The notes under the pieces are model-generated. The model worked only from the letters and a program-made list of their open reading frames with translations. It had not been told where the DNA came from and searched no databases. This document shows, piece by piece, positions 40,348-50,995 of a stretch of 64,000 nucleotides of DNA. Position numbers and translations under genes: made by a program. The DNA comes from Sedimentisphaerales bacterium (GTDB taxonomy: Bacteria; Planctomycetota; Phycisphaerae; Sedimentisphaerales; Anaerobacaceae). The first letter of the stretch is position 1. Each line of letters begins with the position of its first letter. The stretch covers positions 7,360,001 through 7,424,000 of the forward strand of contig OY970194.1 of assembly GCA_963708075.1 (NCBI GenBank), read 5' to 3'.

Positions 40348-40730
40348 CTCTGTTATGTGAATTGATGCAGAATCCCCTACGGGCCCCTATGCATGTGGCA
40401 ATGTGGCTAACTATCGCTGTGTTCGTGACTTACAGCAATGAAGGTCCGTGGACAACCCCGGAATGGTCCTGGTTTCCCGCTTTTTTTGTTGTGGGAGCAC
40501 CGGCTTCTGTAGTATGCTGTCTATATCGAGGTTCACGGGTTTCATCCAGTGAGAGCCGTGATCTGCACAACCGCTGGTTGGCAGGGAGGTTCCGGAGGAT
40601 ATGATCTGCATGGCGGCAAGAGGGATAACACGCTTCCGACAGGACGTATTGCGTGCATTTCCAGGCAAACAGGACATGTGTCAGCGGAGCGAAGGAGAGA
40701 TATTCGAGGTGCTGTTGATCCGCGCGTGGC

Positions 40731-40757
40731 AGGGGCGGGTTTCGAACCCGCCCGTAC
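40731..40757 (-). repeat. GTAC-capped REP-like palindrome (copy 1)
   Basis: Minus strand GTACGGGCGGGTTCGAAACCCGCCCCT. Confidence 0.6.
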
Positions 40758-40894
40758 GGGTCATGGGACAGCGTCCATGCGCATCGTGCCGGCGGAGGCC
40801 GACATGGACGCCCATCCCGGGATTCATTGAATCTAGATAGGACTGCGTCGCGGGTGCACGGCAAAGCCGTAACCTTTTTTGAAGGAGGACATGT

Positions 40895-43800
40895 ATGTGT
40901 AAGAGAGTATTGTGTCTGACCCTGTTCACAGTGCTGTTTGGGGCGGTGGCCGCCCAGGCAGCCGAGTTCGAGTGGATCCGCGCCGCCTACTGGGACTCGC
41001 GGTATCCGACGGGCTGGGCCGATAATGCCTCCACTATTGTCGTGCGCGACGGCCTGGTGGCCGCCGGGTATGAGCTTCTCGATGCCGACCAGCTCAAGAC
41101 GTGGATGACTGCCCGTATCGCCGACAAGAAATACAGCGTGGTCGTGTTCTGCCGGGATATTGTGCCGGAAACGGTCGCCGAGACGAATACAACGAGTTGC
41201 ACGCTGCGCAAGTATCTCAATGCCGGTGGCAAGATCGTCTGGTACGCGGATGTGCCCATGTACTACCAGGGCCACAGTGATGGCACTTCGACCGATTGGG
41301 GCACGGGCGGCGCCCAGAACATCCTCGAGGTTGGCGGCCTCGTGTGGGACGCTAACACGCAGACCAAAGTCACGGCGGTCGGGGCTAAATGGGGGTTAAC
41401 CGAAACCTGGGCATCGCCCAGAAGTTACCCTGTAAACGCTGCCAACAAACTGACGGCGTTGGCGACGGACGTCGCCGGCAATGCCGCCGCATGGGTGAAG
41501 TTTTATAAGGCCAACGACACGTTCCGGGGATTTATTCGGCTCTGGGACCGGGGAGGCCATCCTGCTGTCGCCGACATCATCCGCGTGGCGGAGTATGCGC
41601 CCTGAAAGCCTCGAATCCTTCGCCGGCGGATGGAGCAATAGGCGTGACGCTGCCTATGATGACGTGGGACGCGGGCGCCTTTGCCGTCCGGCATGAAATA
41701 TACTTCGGGACCGATCCGAATGCCCCGAAGGTCATGACCATGCCCGTGTACCCGGGGTCGGCGTACTATTTCCCTTCGGCCCCCTTCGAGCCGGGCAAGA
41801 CGTATTATTGGCGTGTGGATGAAGTCGAGGCTGATGGCGCAGTGCGCGCCGGCGACCTGTGGACGTTCAGTGTAGCACCCCTGACTGCCTTTGCCCCCAG
41901 CCCGCGCAACGGCGACAAGTGGATCGATCCGAACGCCGACCTGAGCTGGCAGCCGGGCATGAACGCAAGCGAGCGTACGCTGTACTTCGGCACGGATCAG
42001 GCATTGGTAGCCGCACGGGATGCCAGCGTCGCCAAGGGCGGCACGCTGTATGCGACGGACTTCGAGCTTGATACACTGGCGCTGCAGACCACGTACTACT
42101 GGGCCGTGGACGAAGTCAGCTCGGAGACATTCCCTGGCCCCGTCTGGAGCTTTACCACCATCGGCGAACCCGGCGGCGTCAAGGGCGAGTACTTCGCCAA
42201 CACCAGCAGAAATATCGTCGGAGTGCCGGTACTGACGCGGATCGACCCGTCGATCAACTTCCAATGGGGTGAAACTGCTCCGGATGCATCCGTCGGGATC
42301 GATTACTTCTCCGTCCGCTGGACGGCCGATTTGGAGATCGCAGTGGCCGATTCGTACACGTTCACCACCACCAGCGATGATGGCGCACGCCTCTGGATCG
42401 GTGACAACTTGATTGTCGATAGCTGGATCGATCAGGGTACGACGGACCATGCCAGCAAGCCGCAACAACTCGAGCCGGGCATCTATCCGTTGTCGATGGA
42501 GTACTATGAGTGGGGCGGCGGCGCGGTGGCTCAGTTGTCCTGGCAGACGCCGAGCGTGGCCCGCCAGATCATCCCGGCGGGAGCGCTGCAGCCCCCGGTG
42601 CGAGCCCGTGTGATCTACCCGAAGAACGGCGATGTCAATGTCCCGCAGGACATAACGCTGACGTGGTCGGCCGGTGAGAAGGCGGCCTCGCATGATGTGT
42701 ATCTGGGTACGGATGAAGCGGCTGTCGCGGCGGCTACGCCGGCCGATGCGGCCATCTACCAGGGCAACCAGGCGAAGGATGCAACCGCCTTCACGGCCAG
42801 TACTCTGGCGTGGAACACGACCTACTACTGGCGTGTGGATGAGGTCAACCCTGCCGAGGCGGATAGTCCGTGGAAGGGTTCCGTCTGGAGTTTCACGACC
42901 GCCAACTTCATCGTGGTCGACAACTTCGAGAGCTACACCGACGACAACACGAACCTCCAGGCCATCTTCCAGACCTGGATCGATGGTTGGGGCTACACCA
43001 CGCCCGAGCCGGGTGGTCCGGGCAACAATACCGGTTCGACGGTGGGATACAACGAGGCGCCGTTTGCTGAAAGGACCATCGTTCACGGCGGCTTGCAGTC
43101 CATGCCGTTCGATTACAACAACATCGTCAATCCGTTCTACTCCGAGACCGATCGGACCTGGACCTCGTCTCAGAACTGGAAGACCAATGGCGCCAACACG
43201 CTGGTGCTGTACCTGCGGGGCTATCCAGTGAAGTTCCTGGAGACCTCCACGGGGATCACCATGAGTGCCGCAGGCGCGGATATCGTGAACGGTACCGACG
43301 AGTTCCGCTTCGCCTACAAGAAGCTCACCGGCGACGGCTCGATTTCCGTCAAAGTGGACAACGTCCTGACCGCCAACGCGTGGACGAAGACCGGCGTGAT
43401 GATCCGTGAGCATCTGGATCCTCTGGCCATGCAGGTTCACATGATCACCGCTGCACAGCAGAGCCTGACCGAGTGGATGTATCGCGCCATCAGCAATGAC
43501 ACGGTCACCACGCAGTTCAATACCCCGGGCGGTTCCACTCTGCTGCCGGTGTGGGTGCGCATCACGCGCGCAGGCAACGTGTTCACCGGCGAGTACTCCA
43601 CGAATGGAACAGCCTGGACCAAGATCACCCAGGCCGACGGGACCGCGTCCACGATAACGTTGCCGATGCCCAACAGCGTGTACATCGGAATGGTCGTGTG
43701 CAGCCAGTTGGCGAACGCCGTGGCAAAAGCCGACTTCTCCGAGATCAAGACGACAGGCAGCGTCAGCGGCGCGTGGCAGACGGCCGATGTCGGCGTGGTC

Positions 43801-44058
43801 CATCCGGGCAACGACGTCGATCAGCTCTATGTCGGTGTCGAGGACAGCTCCAAGAAACTGTTTGTCGTGAACCATCCGGATCCGCAAGCCGTGATCAGCA
43901 CTGACTGGACCGCATGGGAGATTCCGCTCAGCCAGTTCACCGGCGTCAACACGGGTGCTGTGAAGAAAATGTACATCGGTGTCGGCAACCGCACCACCCC
44001 CAAACCGGATGGCCACGGCAAGCTGTTCATCGACGACATCCGTGTGATCAAGAAGTGA
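40895..44058 (+). pseudogene. Third PA14 paralog with unknown alpha/beta head, split by a 1-nt deletion near 41600
   Basis: ORF 40895-41605 ends 'EYAP*'. One extra C gives 'EYAPLKASNPSPADGAIGVTLP', which joins 41644-44058 and matches the 'LKAEKPTPADGATG' repeat of paralog 2. Confidence 0.8.
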
Positions 44059-44108
44059 GGATTTGTGATTTACGATTGGCTTAGACAGTAAATCGTAAAC
44101 AGCAGATC
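44059..44108. repeat. Palindromic 7-nt-period repeat (GATTTRY / AAATCGT)
   Basis: gatttgtgatttacgattgg...gtaaatcgtaaacagcagatc. Confidence 0.45.
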
Positions 44109-44109
44109 T

Positions 44110-44135
44110 GAGGCGGGTTTCAAACCCGCCTGTAC
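44110..44135 (-). repeat. GTAC-capped REP-like palindrome (copy 2)
   Basis: Minus strand GTACAGGCGGGTTTGAAACCCGCCTC. Confidence 0.6.
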
Positions 44136-44142
44136 AGGCGTG

Positions 44143-44179
44143 AATCGGGGCCTGTGTCTCAGCGACACGGGCCCCGATT
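44143..44179 (+). terminator. Hairpin/terminator after PA14 paralog 3, homologous to 36274-36310
   Basis: AATCGGGGCCTGTGTC-loop-GACACGGGCCCCGATT. Confidence 0.6.
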
Positions 44180-44455
44180 GTTTTATCAGGCGCCCAGACC
44201 TGCACAAGAGGCGTGCAGCGCAATTGCCGGGCATCGCGGGTGAAAGGAGCAATTCGAATGAGCAGATTCCTGAGTTGATGTATCTGCCGCCCGGAAGGAA
44301 CATAAGCCCTCATCGGGAACCAGAGTGATGGCGGGTGGATAACGACGCTGGACGTGGGATGAACACGGGAGGGCCGGCCGAATGAGCGGGCGCGTCAAGG
44401 GAAGGTCCGCCTGAGTCACCCATTGTTGTCGTGCGGCTGCAGCCGTTGAGGCCGT

Positions 44456-44482
44456 GTACGGGCGGGTTTGGACCTGCCCCCT
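44456..44482 (+). repeat. GTAC-capped REP-like palindrome (copy 3, degenerate)
   Basis: GTACGGGCGGGTTTGGACCTGCCCCCT. Confidence 0.5.
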
Positions 44483-44841
44483 GGAGGACGGTGTTTCTGG
44501 CAGTCTCAACGATATTGTATCCGGGGCCGTAAGCAGGGAAGCTTACGGCCCTCTTTGTTCTTGGCCTTTGGAGGCGAAGTGCCTAAATCAAAATCGGGGT
44601 TTTCCCGGATTGTCTCACCGGGGCGCCCACTACATCATAGCAGAGATAGTGGTAGTACGACTTTGGGATCAAGCCATGACGCTAAGTCAACAGGGAGCAG
44701 GAGAAAACGGAAGGGAACGCGGCAATACGGCGCAGTGTGCTTCTCGACGCCATTGCACGGCCGTCTCTCTCTCGCGATGTACCATTCTCTCAGATTGTCT
44801 GCTGGTGTAGGCAGGCTTAGTTCATTGAAGGAGCAACGACT

Positions 44842-45963
44842 ATGGAGAAGATGCGAACGACATTACTGCTATTTGCCGTCGGCATTACGGGGACGGTCCT
44901 GATCGGTCCGTGTGGAGCGGCGGACGCGGCGGGGGACCCGCTAGCTGTCGCGGCGGACCCGCTAGCTGTCGCGGCGGACTCGCTGTCCATCGCGGGGTGC
45001 CCCAAGTGCACCTGCGCCTGCTCGCCCTTCCTGGGCGCGTGGGTGGGTTGCTTTTCGGAAGAAGGCAAAGACGATGCGGTGGATGGTAATCAAAAATGTG
45101 ATACCAAGATGATTGAAACCTTCAAGTTCTCGCTGGCGAATCTCACATGTGACCAGTTCACCCTGAATCTGCAAACCGGTTTTTGCGAAGAGAAGGTGCG
45201 CCGAGCTTTCCCGGAAGCGGAGAAAGTGACGGAGTTCGTTGGCGTGGCGTGCAAGAGCGAGAGCAACAAACTCGTGTTCACGGCAGTCGGCTATGGCGTG
45301 AAGAAGAAAGATCTCTGTGAGGAAGTGGTGTTCATCGCCATCAAGTCCGGCACGATCAGCCTGCCATGCTCTTGCGGCGACCCGAACGGGGCGGACGTTG
45401 TCCAGACGATAGAGATCTTCGCGGCCGAGCAGGACACGGATTGCGACGGTCTGCCGGATGAATGCGACTCCGTGATCTGCCTGTCCCGGACCGGCATGAT
45501 CAAGCGTATCGTGAACAAGCCGCAGTGCGAGCAGGCCAGGAGCTTCGTGGCACGCCTGGAGCCGTGCAAGGACATCCAGACCGAAGCGACGGGCAAGGCG
45601 TTCTTCAAGCAAGTGGACCATGAGAACAAGCTGTCCTTCGTCGTGACGGTGAAGGACATCAAGGACGTCACCAAAGTCGTCATCCACGTCTCCGACAGCC
45701 CCAAGACCGCGACGGACGAGCACGAAGACAAGGACGAGTCGTTTGTCCTGTGCCCGATCTCGCCGGACACGGAATGCAAGTCTGGAGAGTTCAGTGGTGT
45801 GCTATGCTGTGGGACGATCATGGAGAAGGATTACATCGGTCCCATGAAGGGCAAGAAGATGGATGACGTGATCAAGGCGATCGTCGAAGGCCGGGCGTCT
45901 GTCATCGTTAAGACGAAGGAGCACCCGAAGGGTGAGCTCTGCGGGCGGATCGAGGATCCCTAG
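44842..45963 (+). CDS. Cys-rich exported protein with C-terminal CHRD-like domain
   Basis: Signal-like N-terminus; about 23 Cys; 'FVARL..TEATGKA..LSFVVTV..VIH..VKTKEHPKGELCGRI'. Confidence 0.7.
   Translation: MEKMRTTLLLFAVGITGTVLIGPCGAADAAGDPLAVAADPLAVAADSLSIAGCPKCTCACSPFLGAWVGCFSEEGKDDAVDGNQKCDTKMIETFKFSLANLTCDQFTLNLQTGFCEEKVRRAFPEAEKVTEFVGVACKSESNKLVFTAVGYGVKKKDLCEEVVFIAIKSGTISLPCSCGDPNGADVVQTIEIFAAEQDTDCDGLPDECDSVICLSRTGMIKRIVNKPQCEQARSFVARLEPCKDIQTEATGKAFFKQVDHENKLSFVVTVKDIKDVTKVVIHVSDSPKTATDEHEDKDESFVLCPISPDTECKSGEFSGVLCCGTIMEKDYIGPMKGKKMDDVIKAIVEGRASVIVKTKEHPKGELCGRIEDP
44934..44984 (+). repeat. In-frame 21-bp tandem repeat (2.4 copies; DPLAVAA)
   Basis: GGACCCGCTAGCTGTCGCGGC x2 plus a partial copy. 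Confidence 0.9.
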
Positions 45964-46096
45964 TCCGAGACAGATCGCGGATCGCAAGACTTAGCGACCA
46001 CTTGGTTCCCGGGCTGTGAGCAGGGAGGCTTGCAGCCCTTTCTTTTTTGAGGGAATTGCGCAGGAACCGCGACCCGCGTCAATGGGCGGGCGAAGT

Positions 46097-46834
46097 TCAG
46101 CAGGCAATCTCCAGGAGGCAGACGTCCCCCTCGGCCGGGCCCCCGGATTTTCGTTCGAGAATGCTCACCCGATCGTTGTCGCGGGGGCAGACGTGGACCT
46201 CGATCTCGTCGCCTTGAAAGGCTTCCGCCAGATAGGTGACGTGAGCGGCGCGGATCGGGGGCGAATGGCCCAGTTGCAGAGACAGGCCATCGAGGGCCCA
46301 GCGGACGTACTCCGTGTTGTTGACGTGCCCGTTGAAGTCGAGAGCGCTGAACGGGACCTGGAGGGAATAGGCCCGGACGCACCCCTCGGCAGGCTTCAGT
46401 CGATGCAAAGGCGCCGACAATGCCTTGAGCCCTGTCTGTGGCAGATTGAGGCCGAATCGGGTCAGGTTTTGCGGCCGGCTGCTCTGGCGGTCCAGCACCA
46501 TCCATTCGCTGCCGGCACGGAACAGCTCACCTCCATCCCCGGCGGTCCCGACGAACTCTCGTGTGGCCGTAAGACGTGTGTAGCCGCTTGGCCAGGTGCG
46601 GATCGTCAGGCAGTCCTTCCACCTGGGCTCTCGCGAAATCTCAAGCCGGAGATTCGCCAGTACCCAGAAGCAATTCCGCCGGCTCATATCGGCGAAGCCG
46701 AAGCCGAGCTGTTCCGCGTTACAGGCGGCGGCCTCCTGCAGGTACTGCATCAGCGCATTGGTCTTCATACCGCCGTCCGGCCGGCAGTCAAATGCCTTCA
46801 CAGTGAACCCGTCTTCTCTCTGCAGCATGGCCAT
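46097..46834 (-). CDS. Acyl-ACP thioesterase
   Basis: 'LQEAA','WVL','IRTWP','LDFNGHVNNTEY'. Confidence 0.9.
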   Translation of the reverse strand: MAMLQREDGFTVKAFDCRPDGGMKTNALMQYLQEAAACNAEQLGFGFADMSRRNCFWVLANLRLEISREPRWKDCLTIRTWPSGYTRLTATREFVGTAGDGGELFRAGSEWMVLDRQSSRPQNLTRFGLNLPQTGLKALSAPLHRLKPAEGCVRAYSLQVPFSALDFNGHVNNTEYVRWALDGLSLQLGHSPPIRAAHVTYLAEAFQGDEIEVHVCPRDNDRVSILERKSGGPAEGDVCLLEIAC

Positions 46835-46976
46835 CCGTCCTTCGGTTGTCCCACGGGTCCATCCGACCCGTATGTGGCATTATGACCGGCACCTCGCAGC
46901 GGGGCAAGAGGCTGATTCCACCATAGAATGCCAATCCGGCTCGCGCAGATATTTTGCCTGCTTGGGCTAATTGCCC

Positions 46977-47005
46977 TTGACAAAGTGACAGATCAATATT
47001 AGTCT
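46977..47005 (+). promoter_or_regulatory. Sigma70-like promoter
   Basis: TTGACA-17 nt-TAGTCT in an AT-rich patch. Confidence 0.5.
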
Positions 47006-47297
47006 GCTAATTATTATTGAACCCGGTGCGCAGGAGGGCGTACGTTCATATGTTGGCCGGGTGGCCGGGTAGTCAGTAATGCATTAAGACCCTGAGGATT
47101 GCGTTGGAGAAAGGATGTACGGGGGAATCTAAGGAGAGAAAATAGTCAGGGACGATGGACTGGGAGAAGACCCGAGGGAATAGGGTTTTTCACTTCGAAC
47201 TGCCTGTATTACACCACGTCCTGTTCAAATATGTTTCTGTTGCGCCACGGTTGGCGCGGAACCAAGGATGGCAGGGGGGAAACAAGGAGGTACAGTA

Positions 47298-47933
47298 ATG
47301 AGAAGCACAATCGTTGTATCATGGGTACTCTTAGCGTTTCTGGCCGGTTCTGTTCAAGCAGGGCCGACGTACAGTTTCGTGCAAATCACCAATAACAACC
47401 CTGCGGACGCAGGCATTGGTGAGGCCCAACTCTTCGTGGAGGTCATAGACTCCAGCGGGCAGGTCACGTTCAAATTCATGAACACCGGCCCGGAAGCGTG
47501 CTCGATAGCAGATGTCTACTTTGACGATGGATCGCTCCTGGGAATCGCTGACATCATCAATTCGAGCGGCGTTTCGTTCTCCCAGAATGCCACTCCGCAC
47601 AACCTGCCGGCCGGAAACAGTATATTGCCCCCGTTTGTGACAACGGAAGATTTCTCCGCGGACTCGGATCCGCCTGTTATGCCCAATGGCGTGAATCCAG
47701 GTGAGGAGTTGTCCATCATATTCGACCTCAAGGATGGCAAGACCTATGCGGACGTCCTGGACGATCTCGGCTCGGGGGATCTTCGGATTGGGATCCACGT
47801 CCAAGCCTTTGCCAGTGGCGCCAGTGAATCGTTCGTAAACAATGGTCCCACGGCCCCGGCTCCAGGGGCGGTGCTGCTGAGTAGCCTTGGAGTTGGTCTG
47901 GTCGGATGGCTCCGGCGGAGAAAGTCGCTGTAG
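47298..47933 (+). CDS. PEP-CTERM-like (PAP variant) sorting-signal protein
   Basis: Signal peptide; C-terminus 'APAPGAVLLSSLGVGLVGWLRRRKSL'; RBS AAGGAGG. Confidence 0.85.
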   Translation: MRSTIVVSWVLLAFLAGSVQAGPTYSFVQITNNNPADAGIGEAQLFVEVIDSSGQVTFKFMNTGPEACSIADVYFDDGSLLGIADIINSSGVSFSQNATPHNLPAGNSILPPFVTTEDFSADSDPPVMPNGVNPGEELSIIFDLKDGKTYADVLDDLGSGDLRIGIHVQAFASGASESFVNNGPTAPAPGAVLLSSLGVGLVGWLRRRKSL

Positions 47934-47959
47934 GACGTTAGTTAGAACACGGATGTGAC

Positions 47960-47999
47960 GAGGGGCTGCCGGGTTTCACCGGTGGCCCCTCCTTTCTTT
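47960..47999 (+). terminator. Intrinsic terminator
   Basis: GAGGGGCTGCCGG-loop-CCGGTGGCCCCTC followed by a T-rich tail. Confidence 0.65.
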
Positions 48000-48245
48000 G
48001 GCTTGAGTAGCTCCCTGAGAGAGCCGGACGTCGCGGCACGAGAGGTCCGGTCCCCATTTCTTTTAACAGCCTGCCTGTGAAATGCGCGAGGGCTCTGCGC
48101 CTGCGGAGCGTCCTCTTTTTGGAAAGTTCCGTACGTTCGAGGATTGACTTGGCAGGCGTCCCACGCGTATACTCATAACAGGCTCGAAGCGGGAGCTCGT
48201 TATGTGTACGCGATGAGTATGTCGCTTGATCGAGGAGGACATGCC

Positions 48246-50288
48246 ATGAGAAGTGGGACACATTTTCTGTCGATTGCGTTGAGTGTCTTGCTCTTTTGCG
48301 CCACAGGGTACTGTGCGGGGTCCCCAGGCGAGGGGCAGGGAACGGCTTCAAGTCAGGTTACACAGGCTCCGGCTGGGGGGACTGGGCGCGTGGCGGTGCT
48401 GATCGGGTTCAGGAACGTTCCCGGTCCGAGCGAGCAAGCCCTCGTTCATAGCCAGGCCGGCGTGATCAAATACAGCTACCACCTTGTCCCGGCTATTGCC
48501 GCCTCGATTCCGGAGCAGGCGAGGGCTGCGCTGCTGGCCAATCCAGTCGTCACACGCATAGAGGTGGACGGCACGGTCCGAGCCCTCGACGCCGAACTGG
48601 ACAACGCCTGGGGTGTCAAACGCATAGGGGCCGGGTCGGTTCATGATGTCCACAATAAGGGTACAGGCATCAAGGTCGCCGTCATCGACACGGGCATCGA
48701 TCGCGCCCACCCGGATCTGGACGCCAACTACAAGGGGGGCAGGGATTTCGTCAACGCTGACGACGACCCTATGGACGACCACGGGCACGGCACCCACGTC
48801 GCCGGCACTATAGCCGCCGAGGACGATGGCACCGGGGTTGTGGGCGTCGCCCCGGAGGCGCATCTCTATGCCCTGAAGATTCTGGACAGCTCCGGCTCCG
48901 GCAGCGACAGTGATATGATCGCCGCGATGGAGTGGGCCGTGGAAAACGACATGGATGTGGTGAACCTGAGCCTCGGGACTCCCACGGACCCCGGCACGAT
49001 CGTTCAGCAGGCATTCGACAACGCGGCGGCGGCTGGGATCGTGACGGTCGCGGCGGCGGGAAATCGCGACTGGATCTACATTCTCTTGGGCATCGAGATG
49101 CCGGTTATGTGGCCCGCCGCGTATGATTCCGTGATCGCCGTATCCGCCACAACGAGCACCGATCTGTGGGCGGATTTCTCCTGCAGCGGTTCTCAAGTGG
49201 AGTTGGCGGCGCCCGGCAACAGCATCTACTCAACCATCCCGGGCGGATACGGTACTATGAGCGGAACGTCGATGGCGTCGCCGCACGTGGCTGGGACAGC
49301 GGCGTTGGTGATCGCCGCCGGGTACTCCGACGTCCGAGCGCGCCTCGGCGGCACCGCAGACGACCTGGGTACACTGGGCCGAGATAATTATTACGGCTAT
49401 GGTCTCGTCGATGCCGACGAAGCAGCCGGCGGCGGCACACCACCGGCAAACCAGGAACCGACAGCCTCCTTCACATTTGAGGCCGCCAACTTGTCCTGCA
49501 GCTTCGATGCGTCCGGGTCAACCGACTCTGACGGAAGCATAGTCACTTATGCCTGGAGCTTTGGGGATGAAAGCTCAGGCAGCGGCGTGACCGTGAGCCA
49601 CACGTACGGCACCGCCGGCGCATACACCGTGACACTGACCGTGACGGACAATGACGGTGCCACGGACACAACATCGCAAAACGTCACAGTCACTGCACCG
49701 TCGAATCAGCCGCCGACGGCCTCGTTCACGTATACCGCTGACAACCTGTCCTGCAATTTCAATGGGTCCGCGTCCACCGACGCTGACGGAAGCATAATCT
49801 CCTATGTCTGGAGCTTCGGCGATGGCAGCACAGGCAGCGGCGCGACCGCAAGCCACGCCTATGCCGGGGCCGGCACATACCTGGTGACCCTGACTGTGAC
49901 GGATGACGACGGCGCCACGGGCTTCCAGTCCAAGAATGTGACCGCGAGTCAGGCAACCATGCACGTCGGAAACATCAGTCTCACACGCCAGAAGCTGCCG
50001 GTGAAGAAAGGGACCGCGTCGTATAGAGTGACAGCGAGCGTCCTCATCGTGGATGCATCAGGTGCGCCGGTGTCGGGAGCCACGGTCATTGGTCATTGGG
50101 ACGGGCTGTATCCGACCGGCGACGTGTCGGCTGTGACGAGCGGTGGTACGGCAAGCTTCACAATCGGACCGGTCCAGGCTGCGAGAGGCGCGATGTTCAT
50201 TTTCAATGTCACTGACGCAGGAAAGGGCGACTGGATGTACGATCCGGCAGCCAACACGGAGACAAGCGACAGCATCACCGTGAAGTAG
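48246..50288 (+). CDS. S8 subtilisin-like serine protease with prodomain and two PKD domains
   Basis: 'VAVIDTG','HGTHVAG','GTSMASPHVAG'; two 'WSFGD..SHTY..GAYTVTLTVTD' PKD repeats. Confidence 0.95.
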   Translation: MRSGTHFLSIALSVLLFCATGYCAGSPGEGQGTASSQVTQAPAGGTGRVAVLIGFRNVPGPSEQALVHSQAGVIKYSYHLVPAIAASIPEQARAALLANPVVTRIEVDGTVRALDAELDNAWGVKRIGAGSVHDVHNKGTGIKVAVIDTGIDRAHPDLDANYKGGRDFVNADDDPMDDHGHGTHVAGTIAAEDDGTGVVGVAPEAHLYALKILDSSGSGSDSDMIAAMEWAVENDMDVVNLSLGTPTDPGTIVQQAFDNAAAAGIVTVAAAGNRDWIYILLGIEMPVMWPAAYDSVIAVSATTSTDLWADFSCSGSQVELAAPGNSIYSTIPGGYGTMSGTSMASPHVAGTAALVIAAGYSDVRARLGGTADDLGTLGRDNYYGYGLVDADEAAGGGTPPANQEPTASFTFEAANLSCSFDASGSTDSDGSIVTYAWSFGDESSGSGVTVSHTYGTAGAYTVTLTVTDNDGATDTTSQNVTVTAPSNQPPTASFTYTADNLSCNFNGSASTDADGSIISYVWSFGDGSTGSGATASHAYAGAGTYLVTLTVTDDDGATGFQSKNVTASQATMHVGNISLTRQKLPVKKGTASYRVTASVLIVDASGAPVSGATVIGHWDGLYPTGDVSAVTSGGTASFTIGPVQAARGAMFIFNVTDAGKGDWMYDPAANTETSDSITVK

Positions 50289-50324
50289 AGCCCGGGCGAT
50301 GATAAAATCGGCCCCGTGTCTGCA

Positions 50325-50825
50325 TCAGGGGGCGACCCGTGGAGCTGCCTGTGTCTCTTGGAGTCTGCGAATAATGTGGGTGACATCATTGCTCGTGGCC
50401 TGCAGCCGGCGGACCATGGCTGTGAGCTTCTTTTCGTTGAACGTGGTTTCCGTGAACTGTTGCCACTGCCCGTCCTCGTATTTCATTTTGAAGTCTTGGA
50501 CTCGCACGGGGCAGGCGCCGCAGTCTTCCTCGATCTGCCAGCGGCCGTGAACGAGCAGGTTCCGGATGTCCCGCGTGGTCTCGATCTGTTTCAACGCTCG
50601 TTCAAGCTCGTCCAGCAGGGCGGCATCGCTGTGAATCTTGAAACGGGCCAAATGCTTGATCTTCCTCAACAGCACGGACAGGTTGAGCTCGTGGATGAAG
50701 AAGGGCGCGACCAGCCGGCTGCCGTCGCCGAGCAGGATCTCCAGGAGAGTCTGAAGTTGGTGCTCCAGCGAGGCGAACTGGATCGTCATCTCGCCGATCT
50801 TCTCAAAGAGTGTATTTTTTCGCAT
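50325..50825 (-). CDS. Small helical protein with HEPN-like RxxxxH motif
   Basis: 'IRNLLVHG' in a mostly helical 166-aa protein. Confidence 0.5.
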   Translation of the reverse strand: MRKNTLFEKIGEMTIQFASLEHQLQTLLEILLGDGSRLVAPFFIHELNLSVLLRKIKHLARFKIHSDAALLDELERALKQIETTRDIRNLLVHGRWQIEEDCGACPVRVQDFKMKYEDGQWQQFTETTFNEKKLTAMVRRLQATSNDVTHIIRRLQETQAAPRVAP

Positions 50826-50995
50826 AGGGCATTCCCGGTACGTTTGCGATGCTGTTCACGGCAAGTGTATGTATCGGCAAACGCAGGGGGCGGCTAAAAC
50901 GTTCTTTACTTTTCCCGTGACACCCTGCTTAATATGGGACGGCACAGGGAACCCTGTGGCATAAGCCGCGTTGTGGATGGATCGAAAGGCTGACT

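Noticed and set aside
40840..40880. c-di-GMP riboswitch (GGCAAAGCC)
   Set aside because: The remaining GEMM elements (GNRA hairpin, receptor, P1) are not evident
33169..44058. Diversity-generating retroelement or shufflon
   Set aside because: No reverse transcriptase, recombinase or inverted cassettes; differences do not look adenine-specific
41503..44313. 936-aa minus-strand ORF and other long antisense ORFs (3414-5273, 28496-30334, 50906-52123)
   Set aside because: Shadow frames of real genes in GC-rich DNA; no motifs
49450..49950. Internal direct repeat in the S8 gene
   Set aside because: Ordinary tandem PKD domains
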